From assembly GCF_001194135.2 (NCBI RefSeq), contig NC_068997.1:26843972-26900810 (forward strand): a stretch of 56,839 bases of DNA, given 5' to 3'. The stretch comes from Octopus bimaculoides. Lineage: Eukaryota. Of this stretch, positions 52,101-56,839 are shown piece by piece (within the stretch, counting starts at the first letter, position 1; the number at the start of each line of letters is the position of its first letter). A model generated the notes under the pieces. The model had not been told where the DNA came from. It searched no databases and worked only from the letters and a program-made list of their open reading frames with translations. A program made the translations under genes and the position numbers.

Positions 52101-55044
52101 TGAAATACAGCAGCATTAAAGAAGACAGGGATAATGTTTGACTATTTACACTATATACTAACTACATCAACTTGTATGGCAGAAAATAAGGCATACTGCT
52201 GCTATATTGAGACACAATCATATGAAACTCAGTAAAGTGACTCTCTAGTCACAATAATATGCAACTTACCTTGCAGTGACATGCATCAGACACTGTAATG
52301 ATGCTTGCAGTGGTGCTAAATTATAAAAATGTGGAGCTTCAGCAACGTTGAGGTGAATGAGTAGCATTTCAGTCAAATCTCCTCTTAACTGTTCCATCTT
52401 TAACCTATTTTATAGAAATAATTGGAAAGAAAAGTAAACTAAATATTTTACTCTTGCAGTTATATTGGCATTCACATAACTAATGAAGAGAACAACTAAA
52501 TGAATCAAGGCTGCCTCTTTGTATAAAGAAGAAATAAAAACATTAACTCAGTAATAAAATCTATATATCATCATCATCATCGTTTAACATCTGCTTTCCA
52601 TGCTAGCATGGGTTGGACGATTTGACTGGGGACTGATGAAACCAGATGGCTATACCAGGCTCCAATCTGATCAGGCAGAGTTTCTACAGCTGGATGCCCT
52701 TCCTAACGCTGAGAGTGTAGTGGTTGCTTTTACGTGCCACCGGCACGAAGGCCAGTCAGGCGGGTACTGGCAACGGCCACGCTCAAAATGGTGTATTTTA
52801 TGTGCCACCCGCACAAGAGCCAGTCCAGGGGCACTGGCAACGATCTCACTCGAAAGTGCTTACACATGCCATGCACACAAGTGCCAGAAAGGCGACGCTG
52901 GGCACAGGTGCCATCACGATTTCGCCTTCCCCAATAAGTCTTCGCAAGCTAGCTGAGTATATATATATATATATATATATATAAATATAAAAATATATAA
53001 ATATAAAAATATATAGTTTTAGGGAAAAGAACCAAGTTTCAAGAACTCATCGATGAAAATCCACTATCACATATAGAAAAATTAATAATTAAAAGCACAA
53101 TAAATGAGTATAATATAAAACAAAGTAAATATCATAAGATATTTGACCCTAATATTATATATATATATATATACTGTAACAACAAAAATAACGGAAGCTA
53201 TCAACTACTTCTAGTTTCTCTCACTGGAGTGTGGCAAGGTCAAAAAAAGCGATTACCTGCAGAGTCGATGCAGCGACAGATAAACAGACAGATAGATAGA
53301 ATTGACATTGGTAATTATATAAATGAACTCAGTTAACAGGATACACACACACAGATCAAAACAAGTCCTCAACCACTATTGAGTAGGACCTCACCACCAA
53401 ATGTACAGAAGCATATGGAAGTAATACTTACTTGCTATGTAAAATATAGGGCTGATGAGAGAGAAAGCAGGTAATAACATTGATAACTTCCTTTTCCAAC
53501 GATCTGCAAGTAGAGAGAGAACGTGTTGTGACAGTCATAACAAATATAGGGAACAAAATACAACCACTGAATAGGTTTGGGCTGAACCCCTCCAGAGGAC
53601 AAGTGGTGAATGTAAAAGCCAACAGAATGGATTCTGAGAGACTGTAAAAGAAAGTGGATGGCAATGGTGAAGGTAGAGGAATCAATAGGAAAGTTCTTAC
53701 AGGCATGGCAATAGGTGTAGGTAGCTGTGAAACTTGCTTCCAAACCATGTAGTTCTTGGGTTCAGTCCCACTACATGACACCACTTTCAAATTGTCTTTA
53801 ATTTTGAGAAGAGGTCAGTCTAATATATGTGACCTCAACTCTTGACTGATACTTTATTGACCCAAGAGGATCATCAGCATCACCATTTAACACCCATTTT
53901 CTTTGCTGTCATGGATTAGACAATTTGACAGGAGCTGGTAAGCTGCACCAGGTCCCAGTCCTCTGTTCTGGCATAGTTTCAGCAGCTGGATGCCCTAAAA
54001 GCAAAACTGACCTCAGAAGACTTTCAACTCAGAACATAATAGTAATAATAATAATGTAATAATGATTTCAAATTTTGAGACAAGGCTAGCAATTTGATTA
54101 CATTGACATCCAGCAACTGTCTGATACTTATTCTATCAACCCCAAAAGATAAAAGGCAAAGTTGACCTTGGCAGCATTTAAACACAAAGCATAAAGAGCA
54201 GTAAGAAATGCTGCTAAACATTTTGTCCAATGTGTTAATGACATTGTCATCTCACTGCCTTCATAATAACGAAAGCACTCAGAGAGCACAAATCTTCACC
54301 GAGGCAATACAAAGTCCTCTCAATGATTAGCTGGAGATGATTTTTAAAATGAGAATATCTGAAATAAACTCGACTGCTCTCATAAACGAGAAAGCTAAAA
54401 ATGAACCTGACCGCTCTCAAAAATTCAAAAAAAAAAAAACTGGAAAAATAGTTGAGAATCCTTGTCCAGTACCCGATTGATCCCAAAATCTAATCAGTTC
54501 GTGCCAGTCACGAGGCCAAACATATCTGAAAGTTTCATTCGAATCCATGCAGCAGTTCTTGAGATATCTTGTCCACAGACAAACAAACGTGACTGAAAAC
54601 AACACCTCCACCTTTGCTAAGACAGAAGCAAAAATAATGATTCTGAATTTTGGTACAAGTTCAGGAATTCTGGGGAAGGAAGTAGTCAATTACACTGAAC
54701 CCAGTGACCATCAAGTACTCATTATATTGACCCCCCCCCCACCTACCCACTCAAAGGATAAAAAGCAAAGATGTCCTCAATGGAATAAACAGAAGAAAGA
54801 AAGAAAAATAGAAATGGTTTGTAACTTTTTCAAGGCAGCCATGCTCTCTGTGACATCATGGATTCCCTCAGTTCTGTGGAGGAGGTTATACAGTGCTGCC
54901 TTAGGATTATATACAATATTTGCCAACCACTGTAGGATGTGTAAAGGAACAGTGCCACTGAGCTTGAAGACAGAACCAATGAAATACAATACTTCACACA
55001 ACAACCATTGGTCAGGAGGACTAGATGGCACAACTTGTAGAAAT
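31411..55044 (-). CDS. RTTN: Rotatin (armadillo-like centriolar/ciliary protein), C-terminal ~1100 aa; 5' part lies beyond the window
   Basis: 23 GT-AG exons with phase continuity except one exon missing in a gap. Peptides match rotatin as I recall it: APHFY.L..L; MGKGVTKS; W...LW..RDPEVR..GLG; GG(I/L)WG.V..ILLD.SE.S.VR; ALKCLLAIS..AK..ALK; LW/WCL.D..L...V.LL..YTANCP; S..D.GQ.MI; N.S....NK.KLLA. Confidence 0.9.
31901..32168. other. Assembly gap (268 N) that must contain an RTTN exon; other gaps at 2290-2299, 13404-14028, 14855-15430, 28800-28955, 51095-51170, 56318-56538
   Basis: N runs; a minus-strand acceptor gctttgtttcag abuts the gap. Confidence 0.85.
32919..33044 (-). CDS. RTTN: RTTN exon (SIERLLDLCE...LLVIRNISCHCSNKNKLLAY)
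   Basis: tttcag / gtaagt, 126 nt, phase 1 to 1. Confidence 0.9.
34352..34508 (-). CDS. RTTN: RTTN exon (VNFLNEF...WLELFRSVSFSDEGQLMIFKIK)
   Basis: atacag / gtaaga, 157 nt. Confidence 0.9.
37228..37445 (-). CDS. RTTN: RTTN exon (CSSLAYT...NSLVHCL...ECRNILLK)
   Basis: ttacag / gtcagt, 218 nt. Confidence 0.9.
37490..38130. repeat. Degenerate tandem array (CTATGCT.TATTCCAC...AAAATG units)
   Basis: Recurrent motifs with a period of roughly 45-50 bp. Confidence 0.5.
38546..38672 (-). CDS. RTTN: RTTN exon (LVCQRSYLPQLVHSMWCWCLED...YTANCPK)
   Basis: ttgcag / gtaaga, 127 nt. Confidence 0.92.
39045..39122 (-). CDS. RTTN: RTTN exon (TESLLQDVLMAFQILTNLATHHQEVK)
   Basis: ttctag / gtgagt, 78 nt. Confidence 0.88.
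40048..40151 (-). CDS. RTTN: RTTN exon (GLVESVMQHLKDWHAKLNL...RKKQ)
   Basis: ttacag / gtttgt, 104 nt. Confidence 0.88.
40557..40724 (-). CDS. RTTN: RTTN exon (DANQNTTSGSILCD...NALKCLLAISFSAKDTALK)
   Basis: tttcag / gtaaac, 168 nt. Confidence 0.9.
41042..41227 (-). CDS. RTTN: RTTN exon (CIEYTLL...SCLMFLAHLFAEEGK...)
   Basis: tttcag / gtaagt, 186 nt. Confidence 0.87.
41965..42105 (-). CDS. RTTN: RTTN exon (ESQPIHVICE...FEENWSILF)
   Basis: ttttag / gtaaat, 141 nt. Confidence 0.83.
43177..43406 (-). CDS. RTTN: RTTN exon (LLDSELLEENV...LVHLLGVSPQQ)
   Basis: tttcag / gtatct, 230 nt, phase 2 to 1. Confidence 0.83.
44109..44292 (-). CDS. RTTN: RTTN exon (PRSPRVV...TPALVTAVCHLLHNLVILSPEDT...)
   Basis: tttcag / gtaagt, 184 nt. 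Confidence 0.87.
44947..45052 (-). CDS. RTTN: RTTN exon (TIPSCGESKVDQ...SKEN), low-conservation linker
   Basis: attcag / gtatgt, 106 nt, phase 0 to 1. Confidence 0.72.
46015..46097 (-). CDS. RTTN: RTTN exon (AQNKLKMMQIQQ...VTSE), low-conservation linker
   Basis: Unusual aag acceptor, gtacaa donor; needed to bridge phase 1 to 0. Confidence 0.6.
46304..46481 (-). CDS. RTTN: RTTN exon (EPLVGLTALMVLLQHCQFYQ...)
   Basis: tttcag / gtaagt, 178 nt, phase 0 to 1. Confidence 0.88.
46771..47175 (+). mobile_element. Decayed non-LTR retrotransposon fragment (R4/Dong-like, C-terminal to the RT domain)
   Basis: Frameshifted peptide EYF*RLRLVL.SKL.G.NKI / VNTWVV..LQYGVGVINW...LLTVHRAFHAKRDTNRLYLSR / RGLISCQDCV / ENCLGWYVK / EPLL..VKK; clade assignment from recall. 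Confidence 0.7.
47600..47704 (-). CDS. RTTN: RTTN exon (AAYLLVNLISKP...GPVINDSYYQ)
   Basis: ttgtag / gtgagt, 105 nt. Confidence 0.87.
48261..48419 (-). CDS. RTTN: RTTN exon (VRCAGLGIA...GGIWGVVFTILLDSSESSLVRQQ)
   Basis: ccccag / gtagac, 159 nt. Confidence 0.92.
48664..48909. mobile_element. hAT-superfamily MITE, 246 bp
   Basis: Perfect 14-bp TIR CAGTGGTTCTCAAC and perfect 8-bp TSD CTCTAAAT (48656-48663 and 48910-48917). Confidence 0.92.
49212..49313 (-). CDS. RTTN: RTTN exon (KWPEHW...GLNWLLTLWAYRDPE)
   Basis: ctcttag / gtatgt, 102 nt. Confidence 0.9.
50153..50281 (-). CDS. RTTN: RTTN exon (IISAFHIGRGGTVMSYMGKGVTKSATMCLQHLA...)
   Basis: ttcacag / gtatac, 129 nt, MGKGVTKS. Confidence 0.92.
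50706..50781 (-). CDS. RTTN: RTTN exon (LGWSGEISETDGFSLTLKLLGCLLE)
   Basis: tttcag / gtaaaa, 76 nt, bridges phase 2 to 0. Confidence 0.83.
51440..52000. repeat. Degenerate tandem array (CAGGAGTACAAGCAG units)
   Basis: AGGAGTA motif recurs about ten times. Confidence 0.55.
52270..52404 (-). CDS. RTTN: RTTN exon (LKMEQLRGDL...AEAPHFYNLAPLQASLQCLMHVTA)
   Basis: aatag / gtaagt, 135 nt, APHFY motif. Confidence 0.88.
52566..52935 (-). mobile_element. S1 SINE, long copy
   Basis: Same core and tail as the other S1 copies. Confidence 0.85.
53432..53503 (-). CDS. RTTN: RTTN exon (SLEKEVINVITCFLSHQPYILHS)
   Basis: ctctacttgcag / gtaagt, 72 nt, phase 2 to 2; an alternative acceptor is possible at 53641. 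Confidence 0.7.
54265..54645 (+). mobile_element. Interspersed element resembling Helentron-associated (HINE/DINE-1-like) repeats
   Basis: 5' AAGCACTCAGAGAGCACAAATCTTCACCGAGG and 3' GACAAACAAAC...GAAAACAACACCTCCACCTTTGC pattern; assignment from recall only. Confidence 0.4.
54826..55044 (-). CDS. RTTN: RTTN exon (FLQVVPSSPPDQWLLCEVLYFI...SMAALK)
   Basis: ttcccag acceptor, weak gttaca donor, 219 nt, phase 2 to 2. Confidence 0.78.
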
Positions 55045-55229
55045 CTGGGAAGAAGAAAAAGAAAAAAACATACTGGTGTTTAGTGTTTTATCGTAAATTT
55101 TTGGCAAAAACATATATACATATTCATTTAGTCTTTTTCATTTTCATGCATTTCAGCTCAAAGGTTGTGGCCATGATGGGGCACCATCAGTGTCATCACT
55201 TTTTCAATGGCCATTCTTATGCAAGGGTT

Positions 55230-55785
55230 TTTCAAGGTACGCTTTTTTCAGACAGTCGACAGACACAATCTCTGTACGACCATTAGCGTCGACCTTGAAG
55301 AAATTCAACCCAAGACTGCGGGTTGGGCGAGGCACGTAAGGCAGCCTTAAGTTGCCTATGAAATCGCTCAACCATCCCATTAGAAGCAGGATGGTAGCTG
55401 GTGGTGCGTATACGATGCCTTCAATGAAGGGAGTGGAAGATAGGCAAATTTACAATTGTTGAATTTTTGGCGAAGTTAAATCTAACGTCGGCAAAAGAGT
55501 TTGGTCCTGCGAAATAGCAAGTAAATCAATTGCTGCTGGAGAGGAAATAGAATTGACAGGGAGTCTCGTGAGAGCATCAACAGGGATGTTCTGCTTCCCT
55601 GGCAAATGACTGTAAAATATAGTCCAGGTGACTGAAAGCATGAGGAGAGAGTTTGTCTGTTTTAGAAGACAGTGTGCACATTATATGCGCGGAATCACTG
55701 AAAAAGTTGCAATAAATGGTGGAATCTGGTGATAAGCGTGAACCAGATCAATCTTGGAAAAGATTGTGGAACCATGTGTGCATAG
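55230..55785 (-). mobile_element. Ty3/Gypsy pol relic (RT, RNase H and integrase fragments)
   Basis: HGSTIFSKIDLVHAYHQIP; KTDKLSPHAFSHLDYI; HLPGKQNIPVDALTR; HRIRTTSYHPASNGMVERFHRQLKAAL; FKVDANGRTEIVSVDCLKKAYL. Confidence 0.88.
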
Positions 55786-56538
55786 GAGAGAGAGAGAGAG
55801 AGAGAAAAAAAATGTTCGTAAAAACAAAAAACAATGGTGTTTGCTTTTTTTTTTTCTTTTCTGTTTGTGTGACATATAAACATAATAATAGGCAGGCCGT
55901 CATGTAAACAAAGTGCATGTGTATACAAACATGGATGCATGTGTGTGCAAGTAACACAGAGCATAGAAAAGAGTCCATAAGGGCTTTAGAAGAAAGTCCA
56001 GACACAAGGATAGTAAATACCAGTTCTCAGTTAAAGTACCCAGTAGATTGAAAGTCTGTATATAAGAGGTTGAGGTGTGGAGGTAGAGCTAAGTCACATG
56101 TCGTGAAGTTGAGGCTGCTATGCCGAGCCGGGTACTTGATACAGGAGTTCTCGCAGGTTGTATTCGCTGTTAACCATGGTGAAATAATTCACAAACAGTG
56201 TTGAGATAGAACCTGTGCGAGTGCTGTTGGTTGCTGTGTACGTAGCAAGAAGTTGGTGTTGACCCTAAGAAGCTGGAGGTCCGTAAGCTGCTGAACGAAG
56301 TGTTGGGTCTCCATGAGNNNNNNNNNNNNNNNNNNNNNNNNNNNNNNNNNNNNNNNNNNNNNNNNNNNNNNNNNNNNNNNNNNNNNNNNNNNNNNNNNNN
56401 NNNNNNNNNNNNNNNNNNNNNNNNNNNNNNNNNNNNNNNNNNNNNNNNNNNNNNNNNNNNNNNNNNNNNNNNNNNNNNNNNNNNNNNNNNNNNNNNNNNN
56501 NNNNNNNNNNNNNNNNNNNNNNNNNNNNNNNNNNNNNN

Positions 56539-56839
56539 CCCCAGTTCTTATATTAATCATTAAATCCAGAAATACAACAACACGAGGGATAGCGGTAACA
56601 ACAGAACATAGTTTATTCTAGGTTGCTGTAGAGCAGTTTCGTTCCTGGGTGAATAGGCATGCCGCTAGAATACCAAAGAAGCTTCGACCACATGTCGGGG
56701 TCAAGTTGAGAGATACGTATTGTCACCACTGCTGTTGGACGGATAAGAGATACGTGTTGTCGCCATTGCTGCTAGAGAGAAAAGAGCGGGAACACTATTG
56801 CTTTTTCTCCACCTGTTGCATTGCGCATGCGTGCTCGGG
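56539..56839 (-). mobile_element. Probable 5' LTR of the Gypsy element
   Basis: CpG-rich, internal 26-bp direct repeat, AATAAA, ends ...GAAC TGGGG at the gap (possible tRNA-Pro PBS start). Confidence 0.45.

Noticed and set aside
54547-55083. 178-aa plus-strand ORF, the longest gap-free ORF in the track
   Set aside because: It stitches together a repeat end, an S4 fragment and the antisense of an RTTN exon; no coherent product.

Overview
AT-rich, SINE- and microsatellite-dense animal genomic DNA with seven N-gaps. The repeat families look like those of a coleoid cephalopod, most likely Octopus (recognition from memory, not a database hit). Two intron-rich genes converge tail-to-tail. (1) Plus strand, 4375-31269: a secretory-pathway Ca2+/Mn2+ P-type ATPase (SPCA1/ATP2C1/PMR1 orthologue). 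I reconstructed 23 GT-AG coding exons with consistent phases (2718 nt, about 900 aa from the ATG at 4390). (2) Minus strand, from 55044 (entering from beyond the window) to 31411: the C-terminal ~1100 aa of rotatin (RTTN), with 23 visible exons plus one required exon that falls in the 31901-32168 gap. Only 141 bp separate the two stop codons. The introns hold at least five SINE families, TTAA-type and hAT MITEs, a Helitron-like element, a decayed R4/Dong-like LINE fragment and an internally deleted Ty3/Gypsy relic. Nearly all ORFs in the supplied track are spurious (repeats, gaps) or are partial exons. I found no convincing new multi-gene system. The best leads are RNA-level: a candidate restorative Q/R A-to-I editing codon in SPCA M5, two in-frame exons that begin with a regenerated 5' splice site (recursive-splicing architecture), a very compact bidirectional 3'-end region, a cryptic exon resembling the RTTN terminal exon, and a foldback MITE carrying a tRNA-like internal promoter. 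All comparisons to human or other proteins are from recall and need confirming by alignment.
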